Part shown: one piece after another, positions 37,691 to 50,661 of the stretch
How positions within the stretch are numbered: the first letter of the stretch is position 1
Layout: every line of letters begins with the position of its first letter
Source of the DNA: Felis catus
Lineage: Eukaryota
Direction: 5' to 3'
Length of the DNA stretch: 64,000 nucleotides
NCBI RefSeq assembly: GCF_018350175.1
Contig: NC_058368.1
Location: 64,854,001 to 64,918,000, forward strand
Program-made: the position numbers and the translations under genes
Notes under the pieces: model-generated
Database searches by the model: none
What the model was told of the DNA's origin: nothing
What the model saw: the letters and a program-made list of their open reading frames with translations, nothing else

Positions 37691-40600
37691 TTATGAGTCT
37701 GGCTAAATGTTTATCAATTTTGTTAATCCCTTCAAAGAACCAAGTCATAGTTTCATTGATCTGTTCTATTGGTTTTTTTAAGTTTCTGTTTCTTTACTTC
37801 TACTCTAATCTTTATTATTTCCTTCCTTCTACTGACTTGGGTTTTGTTTGTTCTTGTTCTAGCTCCTTTAGGTGTAAGGTTAGGTTGTTTGAAATTTTTC
37901 TTGCTCCTTGACGTAGGCCTGTATTGCTATAACTTCCCTCTAGAACAGCTTTTGCTGCATCCCAATGATTTTAGATACTTGTGTTTTCATTTTCCTTTGT
38001 TTCTAGGTAGTTTTTAGTTCCTTTTTGATTATTTGGCTGAGCCATTCATTGTTTCGTACCATGGCATTTAACCTCCATGTATTTGTGCTCTTTCCAGATT
38101 TTTTAATTTTGGTTCATTTCTAGTTGCATAGCTTTGTGGTCAGAAAACATCCATCGTATGACTGCAATCTTTTTTTAACTTATTGAAGCTTATTTTTTGT
38201 CCTGAAATGTGATCTATTTTGGAGAATGCTGCATGTGCATTTGAAAGAAATGCATATTCTGCTGTTTTAGGATGGAATATTCTGAATATATGTGTTAGAT
38301 GCATCTGGCCCAATATGTCTTTCAAAGTCACTGTTTCCATACAATAATTATATCTTCTGACTGAATTGTTCCCTTTATGATTATATAGTGTCCTTTGGTC
38401 TCTTGTTACAGTCTTTGTTTTAAAGTTGTTTTTTTTTTTTCTGATACACGTAGTGGCACCCCACCTTTCTTTTCACTTCCATTTGCATGATAAATGATTT
38501 TCCATCCCTTAACTTCAACCTGCCTGTGTCTTTCCATTTGACCTAAGTTTCTTGGGAACAGCATATAGATGAATGTTGCTTTTTTATCCATTCGATTACC
38601 CTATGTCTTTGGATTGGAGCATTTAGTCTATTTGCATTCAAAGTAATTATTGACAGGTACATACTTATTGCCATTTTGTTTTTGTTTGATGGTTATTTTT
38701 TCTCTTCTCTCATGATTTCCTGGCTTTCTTTGGTCATACATTTAAATTCATTTCTGTTTATTTTTTTGCAAATCTACATATCTAACCTCTTATGAATATA
38801 ATAGTCTATATTAAGTTAATAGTTACTTAAATTTAATCCCAAATTTTATTCTTTCCCCACATGTTCTTTTGTGTATGGTGTCATAATCTAAATCCTTTTA
38901 TTTTGTGAACCTCTTAACTGTTTTTATAGATATACTTAATTTTACTGCCTTTGTGCTTCCTCCTTTTCTTACTCCTACTTCTGGTCTTGCCTTTCCACTC
39001 AAAAAATCTTTAACATTTCTTGTAAGACTGATTTAGTGGTCATGAAGTCCTTTAACTTTTGTTTGTCTGTGAAATTTTTATCACTCCTTCTCTTCCACAC
39101 GTTAGCCCTTCTGGATAGAGTTGCAATTTTTTTTTCCTTCAGTGCCTTTACTATATCATGTAACTTCCTTCTGGTCTGCCAAGTGTCTGCTGAAAAATAT
39201 GCTGATTACCTTATGTGGTTTCCATTGTATGTAACTGTTTTCTTTTTTCTTGCTGCAGATCTCCTTGGGTTGATTTTTTAAGGCTAGGGGGTTCTCCATC
39301 CCTCTTGGATCGAGATGTTTGTTTCCTTTCCCAGGTTTAGGAAGTTTTCAGCTATCTCTTCTAATAAATTTTCTGCCCACTTTTCTCTGTCTACTCCTTC
39401 TAGGATTCCTATAATGAAAATGTTATTACATTAGATGATGTCACAGAGTATCTTAGTTGTTTTCATTTTGTACTTTTTATTCCTCTCTCCTATTCAGCTT
39501 GATTGCTTTCCATTACTCTGTCCTCCAGGTTGTTGATCCATTCTTTTGCTTCCTCTAGTCTACTATTTACTCCCTCTAGTGTATTTTTTTATTTCAGTTA
39601 TTGAGTTCTTCATCCCTGATGGGTTCTTTTTAGTTTTCTATCACTGCTTGAGGTTCTCCACTCTTTTCTTAAGTCCAGTGAGTGTCTTTATGACTATCAA
39701 GCATATTACTAATTTCCATTTCATTTAGCTCTCTTACCGTGATTTCGTTCTGTTCTATTTATTTGGGATATATTCCTCAGTCACTTCATTTTGTCTAACT
39801 CTCTATTTTTATATTTTAGAAAGTCAGCTATTCTCCTGCTCTTGAAAGTAGTGGCTTTATAAAGAAGAGATCTATAGTACCCTGCACTGAAATGTCCCCT
39901 GTTCACCAGAACCTGGAGCTTCAGGGGTATCTCCTATGTGAGTTATGTGCACCGTGCTGCTGTGGCTGAGTTGCATCTGCTTTCAGTCCAGGCATCTGCA
40001 ATGGCTTTCTATGCCTCTTGTGGGCAGGAATTGGTCTCTGACTTGTTAAAGAGGCAGTCTAGAGCCACCTTAGCCTTCAATTAAGTCAGATAAGGCATTT
40101 GCCAGAAGTACAGTAGCACTAAACTGCACAGCACTCTCCCTGTGTTGCCCCTGCAAAGATTTAGCTGGTAGCCTGGGCCTAAAGTCAAACCAGATGTTTG
40201 TCCTGACCTCTCTGCTGTGGCTGCAGTTGGGCTGATGTGTGTTGGTATCTTCCTCTCTTCCTGGTGCAGGAGTTACTTTGGAGTTGGTGCTGGCCACTGT
40301 CAGGGCTGCTTTTGCACTGTCAGGCTTGCACCATCACCCTGGATGGGCTCTGGCCAAAGATGTATTGGAAAGTGTGTTCACAGGAGAATGTGAGAGCAGG
40401 GTGCATGGTGCCAGCAAGGTCCAGGCAGCCCTTCTGCAGTAGGGGGTCCTGTGGCTATCTGGCAAAACTCCTGCCACGGCAGCCAGGATGGAAGGGGTGG
40501 GTTCACAGAAGCCCATGGGGATGCGCACTGTCAGTAAGCTAGGTGGAGTGTTGGCACTGAGCTGGTTCCCAGAAGTGTCCATGTGTCTAGACTCATGGGT

Positions 40601-41180
40601 AGAGAAGGGAGATGGAGACTACTGACTCTTTTGCTCTTGGAGAAGTCTCCCAAAGATCCTTGCCCCTCCAGCACACACTCTGAGACCATGAGTAAGTCTC
40701 CTTCCTGTATACCCCATGTGTTTTTCAAACTGCTGCTTCTATTATGTGTCTCAGTAGGGCTGTTTGTTGTGCTGTCCCTAACGGCAGGAACTCTAACCTC
40801 CCGGCTCTCCAAGAGCCAAGCTTGTTGATTTTTAATGTTCCAGGTGTTAAGCCCCACTATTGTTAGGCCCCTCTTGTTTTTGAAGCCAAATGTTATGGAG
40901 ATTTATCTTCCCTGGGTGGGTCCTGCATGCCTGATGTGGGGCTCTTTTCTTCTCCCTCCTCTAGGAAAGTACCTCAGGTTCATTTGACTCCCTCTTTGTT
41001 GTGACCTGTTCTCTACATTTAGCTGTAGAGAGTCTTTTTTGTTTTGTTTTGTTTTTTGCCACTTTTCGGGTCATTTTCTGGGTTATTTACGCTGATATGT
41101 GTGTTATATAGTTTTAACTGTGGAGTGAGTTGAGCTTAGATTAGGGTCCTCATACTATTCCATCTTTCCCAGAAGTCCCA

Positions 41181-41700
41181 TAGACTGAGTTTTTTAAGGT
41201 AGAAGCCAAATCATGGTAATTCCCTAGTCAGAAATTTTCAGCATCATCTTATTTTACTCGCAGTAATGTACAAAATCCTACCTCAACTTCTATCACCATC
41301 TATTATACTCACACTGTTCTTCCATATTGGCTTTCCTGCAGATCAATGACCATGGCAGTCCCTCAAACCACACTTGTTGCACATGTTGCTTCATACATGT
41401 AGAAAGCTCTTTTCCCAGATATCTATGTAGTTTTAGTTTGTCTCTGCTCAAATGTCACTTTATCAGAAAGGACTTCTCTGATCACCTACCCTATCTCATT
41501 ACCCTGTTTTGTTTATTTTTTCATAGCTCTTATCATTACCTGACATGTTGTGGTCTGTTCATTCATTGACTTCTCATTTTCTCCATGGAAAGTAATCTCC
41601 ATTCAAATGGGGCTTTTATTTCTTGCCGTATTTCCAGTGCCTAGAAAAGTTAGGGAACATTGTGGGTACTCAATAAATATTTTATGATTAATTTAATTCA
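41181..41700 (+). mobile_element. L2 3' fragment (right part)
   Basis: 'ccaaatcatg...tctgctcaaatgtcacttt...tttccagtgcctagaa...gggtactcaataaatattt'. Confidence 0.75.
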
Positions 41701-41790
41701 AAAATATTTATCACAGTTAGGATTTTTTTGTGGTTATTGTGTCCCCTTCCAAATATAGGTAAACATTTTAAAAATGTGTCAAATACATAT

Positions 41791-41999
41791 TTTTCTTTCA
41801 TGGTATTTATTTATTTTTGAGAGGAGGAGAGAGAGCACGAATAGGGGAGGGGCAGAGAGAGAGGAAGAAAGAGAATCCCAAGCAGGCCCCTTGCTGACAG
41901 CACAGACCCTGACACGAGCCTCAATCTCACAACCATGAGATCATGACCTGAGTCAAAATCAAGAGTCATTCTCTTAACAGACAGCCACCCAGGTGCCCC
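41791..41999 (-). mobile_element. Can-SINE, older subtype
   Basis: 'gagaatcccaagcagg...gagatcatgacctgagtcaaaatcaagagtc...gccacccaggtgcccc'. Confidence 0.93.
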
Positions 42000-42564
42000 A
42001 CATATATTTGAAATATTATGCTTCATCTTTTACTTTGTGTATTTTCTTCTTCCCAAGGAAATGTGTTTAAATTAATGCTAGACTATAAGAAAAAAAGTAA
42101 TAATAAATTCTGATTAAAAATATGTGCATTCAAAACTTGGTAATTCTATACTCAAGTCAATGAAATTCCTATCTTCTTTTAAATATATTGCTAGAAATAG
42201 AGATCCTCTATTATAAGACCTTTTTCTGATATTACCGAAAATAGGAAAAATGTTTTCAGAATTTAGAATAATACATTACTTCTGAATGAAATATACATTC
42301 CCTTTAATACTTATTATCAGCTTATGTGTTTTAATGGTAGGACATGACAATCTTCTTGACATGACAGTGTCAATTTCTGAAATTAGAGTTCACTCTCTTA
42401 ATGATGAATTCTAAAATATAAATAAATGGACATCCACAAAGAGGGTTTTTGTCTACCAAGATTTTCGGGTGTCCAATGACTTCCGTGTACCTTTCATTAT
42501 TAGAATAAAATGTATCAAATTATTTAAATTACATTATTTTGCAAAGTATAAAACTTATACTTAC

Positions 42565-42785
42565 AGGAGCGCCTGGGTTGCTCAGTCTGTTGAGCGTCTG
42601 ACTTCGGCTCAGGTCATGATCTCGCGGTCTGTGAGTTCGAGCCCCGTGTCGGGCTGTGTGCTGACAGCTCAGAGCCTGGAGCCTGCTTTGGATTCTTTCT
42701 GTCCCTTTCTCTCTGCCCCTTCCCCACTCATGCTCTGTCTCTCTCTCTGTCAAAAATAAACAAACATTAAAAAAATTTAAAAAAA
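42565..42785 (+). mobile_element. Can-SINE (SINEC_Fc-type)
   Basis: CpG-retaining body; TSD aaa(c)cttatactt on both sides. Confidence 0.97.
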
Positions 42786-44429
42786 CCTTATACTTCCATA
42801 CATAGTCAAAGATATTTATATCTTATCAGGACTTCCAATGCTCTTGAGAAAGTTGCAATGATCTACTACTTTTCTTGCCCCCAGGCTGTTGAGTGGTTAC
42901 CAAGGCATCTCCTCTTCTCTTTTACAATAGTGTTCTTTGATACCGAAGTTCATCTGCTGAAGGTAACCCAATGGCTTTTCAATAACCAAAGAAGAAAACT
43001 ATCACATCTTTCATATGTCAAACAGAGCCTTTCACAAGTTAATTCTGTTCAAGTTTTTCCAGCCACATCATCTCTCCCTCACAGGTACAGCCCTACAAGC
43101 CTGTAAAAATCCACACCTTGCATGTATCTCATACCTTTACTTGAAACACATTTCCCTCTTGCCTAACTGGTAATGTTCTGTATATTTTTCAAAGCTAACT
43201 TAAATATCACTCTCTGTATTAAGGAAAAATGATGGAAAATTTGCTGGGTTTCTGACATCGCTTAGGTGTGAATAATCCATAGTTGAATAATACATAGATC
43301 CTACACTTCTAGAGCTCAGAGGCTCTAAAGCCTTCTCTTCCCACTCCCCTCTGAATCCCTCCCAAATCAGAATTAGACTAGGTTCCCTAACTCTATGATA
43401 GCAAACTCATTATGTATCTAAACCTATCACTAGACAATGCACAATTTAGGATGGTAGCTTCTGTAATCATTCATTTTAATCCTGAATTTGCCCAGTATAG
43501 GTGCAAACTCAATGTTTGCAGGTTTGGGATTAAGAAATGAGACATAATGCAAGGTTGAAAGAGTCAATTAACCATCTGAGTATTTTTCTTTTTCCAAAGG
43601 TAAAAGATTTTTAAAATTTAATTTGACGTGAAGAATATCACTAAATATTTTTTTCCCCAAAGAGAATCCTTAATTCTTTAATATTTAGGGAGAATTTTTA
43701 TTGATGTGGGAGGTTGAAATACACTAAATTTTTTACATAAATTTGCCTCTTGTTCAACATTAACAAATAGAGGAAAAATTAACTTTAATGTGAATTATTA
43801 ATATGAAGTTGCAATTTTCTCTAGGAGGGAAGGACACCAGACATATAATCCCTCTGTCCTTTTTTTTTTGTATTAAAAATGAGATAACAGGCAATTTACC
43901 CATCAGGGTTTTTAATGAGTCACAGTATTTGAAGGCTATGAACTGAGTAATATCATTCATTTATGGTCTTGTCCTGCAGCTGTTGTGTTTTATATAAGAC
44001 AATTTGAAACAAAGAAAACAGAGCTGTTTAATAAGCTTCACTATTAAGTGCAACTGAGCCATTTCAGGAAATAATGGCATTTTATATAAGAGAATAAAAA
44101 GCATAAAACAAAATTTTCCTCAAATAACAAAGAGGTAAATGGCAAAAGCAGCATAAGTATTAACATAGTGACCAATAAATAAGTCCTTGTTATCATCTGA
44201 GGAAAGTCATTGTAGCACAACTGACTGAAGTTTAGTTTTTGCTTCAAATAAGCCAATTGTGAGTCAATTATACTGTATTTTCTCAACAGATCCTTGTCTC
44301 TCTGTCTCTGTCTCTCTTTTTTTTTTCTAACTTGTAGTAGAGCTACTGATAATTTAATGTGTTCTTGAAAGTCACACTAGAGGTTGGTAAGCAGATTCAG
44401 GCTGGATTCCATTGTCCCCCTAATCCATA

Positions 44430-44700
44430 ATCATCAACTCATCTGCCTATTTCAGTACCTTCACTCACAACTTCCTGTGCATGCTTCCTTCCTCTCCTTT
44501 CCCTGTGTCTCTGCACAGACCTAGGACTTCTTACCTAAACTTTTTCAGTCACCTCTTAGCTATGTTCTCTTCCTGCCACCCCCCTCTACTTAGCTCACAA
44601 CCACAAAGAGTTCTAGTTCTAAAGCACAAATCTAATCATATTGTGCTCCTGCTTTAAAAACCTTCCTGACATCAGTCTTAAATCATTTCATAATAAATCA
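44430..44700 (+). mobile_element. L2 fragment
   Basis: 'ttctaaagcacaaatctaatcatattgtgctcctgctttaaaaaccttcc'. Confidence 0.6.
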
Positions 44701-44829
44701 CACAGGCTGTTGTTTACCATCTGTAAGTTTTAGTGTTCTTGATGAAATATCCATTCATCACAAAATGACTTTTAAGCACCTACACTGTATTAGAGAGATG
44801 CAATCTCCGCTCTCTTAGAGCTTACATGG

Positions 44830-45283
44830 TGCATTAGTGACCGATTGCCGCTGTATCAAATTGTCAAAAACCTTGTGGCTTAACACAACACAATGTATCA
44901 TTATCTTATAGTTCTAGAGGTCAGAAGTCCTGGACTCAAGGTGTTGGAAGGACTTCCTTCCTGGAAGCTCTAGAGAACAATCCATTCCCTTGGCTTTTCC
45001 AGGTTCCAGACCCAATTGAGTTCTTGGTTCTGTTCCTTTCTCCAACTTTACAACCAGCAGTGTAGCATCTTTAAAATCTCAATCTCTCATATACACCTTG
45101 GCTTTAGTAATCACATCTCCTTCTCTGCCTCTATATCCCACAAGAACATGGTAATAACATTGGGCCTGCCCAGAAAATCCAAAATTGAAGTCCCTTTTAC
45201 CATGTAAAGTAACATATTCACATGTTCTGGGGATTAGGGCAGAGACTTCCTTTGGAGGTGGGGGCATTGTTGTATCTACCATA
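44830..45283 (-). mobile_element. Solo MaLR LTR (MLT1D-like)
   Basis: Reverse complement 'ccctaatccccagaacatgtgaatatgttactttacatggtaaaagggactt' is the MLT1D-type 5' signature; 'agttctagaggtcagaagtcc' lies near the other end. Confidence 0.85.
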
Positions 45284-47642
45284 TTTTCTAACAAAATGGG
45301 CAGGTACTTGGTAACAGTTAAACAATTTTTTACTGTTCTATTTTCCACATTTTGTCATACTACGATATAGCACTTTTCTAGTTATGGGGGAAAAATTTAA
45401 CTGTAAAACCCCTATGAATTTAACAGATGAAATTTAAAGTCTTTTTCATGATAAGACAGATCCTGGCCAACCTGATTGTTGACACACTGTCTTCTTGGCT
45501 CCAGTCCTGCCATAGTCCCCTGTACATGATAGACTTGAGTCACAGGACACTCACTGTTCCCTTAATAGACATCTTTTTTATAAGCCTCTGTCCCTTGCAT
45601 AAAAACTGGGAAAGTTTTACCCCAACCTTATACTTTGATAACTGCCTTGCCTTAGTCAAATGTCATTCTTTTGCTAGTTCCTCCCTCACATTCTAGGGAG
45701 TGTCACTTTTCAGCTTCCTTTCCCTCCCAGAGCGCAGAATCCCCTTTTCTAGAGCTTTACAGAATTATTTATGTCCTACCTCTGCCACCTACTTCCCTAT
45801 GCCTCCAGGACAGAGATTATGTTCTTTGATTTTCTGTACATCCAGCACTTATCATAGTCCTTAGCACCACCACTGAATAGAAATTTAAAGTTTGAGTAAC
45901 TAAATTAAACAATGTTTCTTTGGAAATGGTACACCCAAAAATATGTCTCCTAATGTATCCTTGAGGCTACAGAAGGTAGCAAATTTATTGAACTATTAGG
46001 ATGTTTAAATTATTTTCATGGGAATGAAGCAATGCCTGAGGGTCATAACACAACTCTGAAAGTGCAGACTTCCTGGTCATATTTCACAGCTGAATGTGTA
46101 CAAAAACAAACCCAAAAAATTTCAGGAACAACCTGCCTGATTTTTTTAAATAATGTGATAATTTTTACTGACAACTTAATGTTATTTATATGTTACATAT
46201 ATTTTATAAAGAATGTTTTGACTTCTTGATGATTTTAGGTTGTATCTCATGGCATGGTTTGTAATGTGTAGAATTCTAGGTAGGAATCAGCTTTTTAAAG
46301 CTACTACTTTTCTAAGAAGTGCTGTTGACTTGGCCTCTTCACAGTTTGTTCCCTATAATTGACAGTCAGATTCAGAATACCAGCTCTTAAAGTTATGTCA
46401 ATGTGGGTCTCTATTAAGAGTAAATATTAAATTCATTGGCCTACAGTCTGGATTGAATAACATGTTATTTATGAAACAGATAACATGTACTTCCGGTGAC
46501 CTTAACTCCAAAACCATATTGTCCTGATGTTAGTTCCAGTACTAAATCTCATTACGGTGGTCTCACCCAGTGATCATTTCTAGTCTATTTTTGAGGTTTT
46601 GCCTATAAACAGTTCATAAAGCTCAGTATCAAAGAAGTTCCAGGGAAGGAATCATGTCCATTCTGGTCTTGTTCACATCTTCTACTATTATTTTAACTTT
46701 TACTACTAATCATCCTCTGTATCCCACACAGGTCAGTTTAAACAAGGTATCAACATTAGGCTTGTGTTTTCAAACTAAGAGTAGCTATTATTTTATCTAA
46801 ATCCGCTCAACATGACAGTATAAATGTTGATCAGTAATTTAAAAAGCGCTTTAATCCTTGTTACTTATTTGTCTTTGTTCGTAACTATGAGGTACTAGAA
46901 CATCAAAGTGTAATTCTCCTCTCCATGTTTTTCCTCATAATGCTTGTTGCCTCTGTGCATGTGTGTGTGTATGTGTGTGCATTCACCTTCTCCCTCACTC
47001 CCTGCTTCTCATCTGTGCTTCCCAGCTGGGAGGGGAAAAATGGACTAGTCTGATAATTTGTTAGGAAGAAAGCAACTTCTAACATGAGTACCATCTGTGG
47101 AAAAATAAAATGATGACTCTCTATTTTTTTCCTAGATTATGTTAGCGACCATCTTTTCCTCCTAGAATAGCAATAACTATGGATTTTACTGCTCAATTTA
47201 TTTTTAAGCCCACCCTACATGGGTAGGTGTTCCTTTGTGAAGTCTTGTGAAATCACCATATATCTAAAGCATTGTATAAAGAATACAAGTTCAGATTGAC
47301 ACAGAAATAATTGCTCTCCAAAAGATGAGACAGACTAAATTTGTAATGACAAATTCATAAACCAGATCACTAATTAAGTCATTATATTTAAAAATATTAA
47401 TACCAAGTGTTTCAGAATATTTCCAAAGGTTAGTAAGCTATTTCCTTTAAAAACATAACTCTTTCATACTAGTTTTAAAAACCCCCAAATTGCAAGTTAA
47501 GAGTTAATTCCGTGAACAAAATTAAACAATCTTTTTATATCCTCAAGATACAAAATTTTTATCTCTATTAAAGACAGATTAACATAGTGCTGTGTTGACT
47601 AAGTTTGTTTACAGTCTAATTTCCTTTAACTTCACTTTCTTT

Positions 47643-47842
47643 GGGGGCTCCTGGGTGGCTCAGTCGGTTAAGCAGCCGACGTCGGCTCAGGTCATGATTT
47701 CGCGGTCCGTGAGTTCAAGCCCCACCTCTGGCTCTGTGCTGACAGTTCAGAGCCTGGAGCCTGTTTCGGATTCTGTGTCTCCCTCTCTCTGACCCTCCCC
47801 CATTCATGCTCTGTCTCAAAAATAAATAAACGTTAAAAAAAA
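47643..47842 (+). mobile_element. Young Can-SINE (SINEC_Fc)
   Basis: CpG-rich body 'cagtcggttaagcagccgacgtcggctcagg'; perfect flanking repeat tttaacttcactttcttt at 47625-47642 and 47843-47860. Confidence 0.98.
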
Positions 47843-48163
47843 TTTAACTTCACTTTCTTTGGAAAAACAGTTACTAAATACTGTTTTTTAAATCTATCCA
47901 AAATCCCTTATGATTCAAAACTTTTATCAATGAAGCATGTATTAGTCATTACTCCAATGTCTTAGATTGTACTTTAACATATTTCACTTAATGTCATTGC
48001 ATTCTAGTACCTAATCTCATCAAAGTCATCTCACCAAGTCATCTCACCTAGTTTATTTCTGAGATTTTACATACACATCGTGAATAAACTGTCAATGATA
48101 ATGCTCATTAGCTTCAAGGTAAGGTTGTAATATTTTCTGAAAATATCACCACGTTAATTTTGA

Positions 48164-48237
48164 GTCCAGACTCTAGTCTAGATCTCAGATTACACCATCG
48201 TCCAGACTCTAGTCTAGATCTCAGATTACACCATCGT
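48164..48237. repeat. Perfect 36-bp tandem duplication
   Basis: gtccagactctagtctagatctcagattacaccatc twice, followed by 'gt'. Confidence 0.97.
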
Positions 48238-50661
48238 GGAAGATCCACATCCTCTCAAGGTAGAGCACTTTGTTAGAATATTGATTATGATTTAAATAAC
48301 AACAACACATCACCAGCAAGATGCTAATAAGCAGAAAATGCTCTGAAAATATCTTCAGTCTAAGAATGCCAGGTATTTAACCAAAAAGGAAATTGTTTCA
48401 TCCATAATGATTCCTTTAAAGGAAATTTTTAAAACTTTCAACAGAACCATAATTTTGTTTTAAAAAAAATCTCTAACTTATTTTACCTGTATATTCCCAT
48501 AATACGAATCAACATTTTCATTCTTACAGAAAACTACATAAATAAAGGAAATTGACACTTGACATTAGAGAACCTATGGCTATTTAAAATATATGTACAT
48601 TCACACTCTTCTGGTTTTGGGGGCTTTTAAGTTTAATTTTAGTTCCAATTAGATAATATCCTATAGTGCAATTGCTAGATCGTAACATAGTTCTATTTTT
48701 AACTTTTGAGGAATCTCCATACTGCTTTCCACAATGGCTACACCAGTTTACATTTTCAACAACAGGGCAAGAGGGTTCCTTTTTCTCCATATCCTCCGAA
48801 CACCTGCTGTTTCTTGTGTTGTTGATTTTAGCCATTCTGACAGGTGTGAAGTGATGATATCTCAGTGTTGTTTTGATTTGGATTTCCCAAATGGTAAGTG
48901 AGAATGAACATTTTTTCATATTTCCATTGGGCATTTGGATGTCTTCTTCCCATTTTTCATTGTATTATTTGTGTTTTGGGTGTTAAGTTGTGTAAATTCT
49001 TTATATATTTTGGATACTGACTCTTTACCAGATATGGCATTTGCAAATATCTTCTCCCATTCTTTAGGTTGTCTTTTAGTTTTGTTGCTTCCTTCACTGT
49101 GCAGAAGCTTTCATTTTGGTGTAGTCCCAGTAGTTTATTTTTCCTTTGGTTCACTTGCCTTGGGAGACATATCTAAAAAGAAGTTGGTATGGCCCATGTC
49201 AAACAAGATACTGCCTATGTTCCCTTCTAGGAATTTTATGTTTCCTGTCTCACATTTAGGTCTTTTATCTATTTGAATTTATTTTGGGGTGTAATGTAAG
49301 AAAGTGGTCCAATTTCATTCTGTAGCATGTTGCTGCTCAGTTTTCCAAACACCTTTTGTTGAAAAGACCATCTTTTCCCATTGCATATTCTTGCCTCTAT
49401 TGTCAAAGATTAATTGACCATGTAAGTGTGTGTTTATTTCTGGGTTTTCTATTCTGTTCTATTTATCTGTATGTCTGTTTTTGTGCCAGTTGCATACCGT
49501 ATTGATCACTACAGCTTTGTGATATGACTTGAGGTCTGGAATTGTGATGCCTCCAGTTTTGCTTTTCTGTTTCAAGATTGCTTTGGCCATTAGGGGTCTT
49601 TTGTGGTTCCGGAACTAATTTTAGGTTTGTTTCTTTTTGTTCTGTGAAAAATCCTATTGGTATCTGAGATGGTTTTGGGTAGTCCAAACATTTAAACAAT
49701 ATTGCTTCTTCCAATCCATTTCTTTGTATCATCTTCAATTTCTTTCATCAAGTTTTATAGATTTCAGAGTATAGATCTTTCACCTCTTTGGTTAGGTTTA
49801 TTCCTAGGTATCTTGTTTTGATGCAATTGTAAATGGGATTGATTCCTTATTTTCTCTTTCTGTTGCTTCCTCATTAGTGTATAGAAATGCAGCACATTTC
49901 TGTACATTGATTTTAAATCCTGTGACATTATTGGTTTATTTATCAGTTCTAGCAGTTTTTTGATGAAGTCTCTTAGGTTTTTTATGTAGTATCTTGTCAT
50001 CTGCAACTAGAGTTTTACTTCCTCCTTATCAGTTTGGATGTCTTTTATTTCTTTCTCTTGTGTGATTGCTATGGCTGGCACTGCCAGTACTATGTTTAAT
50101 AAAAGTGCTGCGAGTGCACATGCTTGTCTTGTTCCTGACCTTTAGGGGAAAACTCTCAATTTTTCCCCATTAAGGTTGATGGGTTTTTCATAAATGCCCT
50201 TAATTATGTTGATGTATGTTCCCTCTAAGTCTACTTTGTAAGAGATTTTATCATGAATGGTTGTTGTACTTTGCCAAATGCTTTTTTTTGCTCTTTTGAA
50301 ACGATCATATGGTTCTTATCCTTTCTCTTATTAATATGATGTATCACATGGATTGATTTGTGCATACATGTATGCACATTGATATGTGCATACATATTCC
50401 TTGCAGCCCAGGAATATATCCCATATGATCATGGTGAATAATTCTTTCAATGTATTGTGGGATTTGGTTTGCTAGTATTTTTTTGAGGATTTTACATCTA
50501 CGTTAATCAGGGATATTGGTGGGTAGTTATCTTTTTTAGCAGTGTCTTTTTCGGGTTTTGGTATCAGAGTAATACTGGCCTCATTGAATGAATTTGGAAG
50601 TTTTCCTTCCTCTTCTATTTTTTGCAATAGTTTGAGAAGGATAGGTATTAACACTCCTTTA

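Larger units (their letters stand above)
34438..41179 (-). mobile_element. Full-length, degraded carnivore LINE-1 (~6.7 kb)
   Basis: 3'UTR at ~34440. ORF2 fragments include [47 protein letters not shown] and FSKIDHI. ORF1 lies at ~39000-39790 and the 5'UTR runs to 'catctttcccagaagtccc'. Degenerate TSD tagagtgatttttt / tagactgagtttttt. Confidence 0.96.

Noticed and set aside
46700..46752. Possible 15-nt microexon (GTCAGTTTAAACAAG) or AG|GTCAGT recursive site
   Set aside because: Weak pyrimidine tract and weak donor (GTATCA); cannot be distinguished from background.
47643..47720. tRNA-like A/B boxes
   Set aside because: This is the tRNA-derived head of a Can-SINE, not a tRNA gene. The same holds for all SINE copies.
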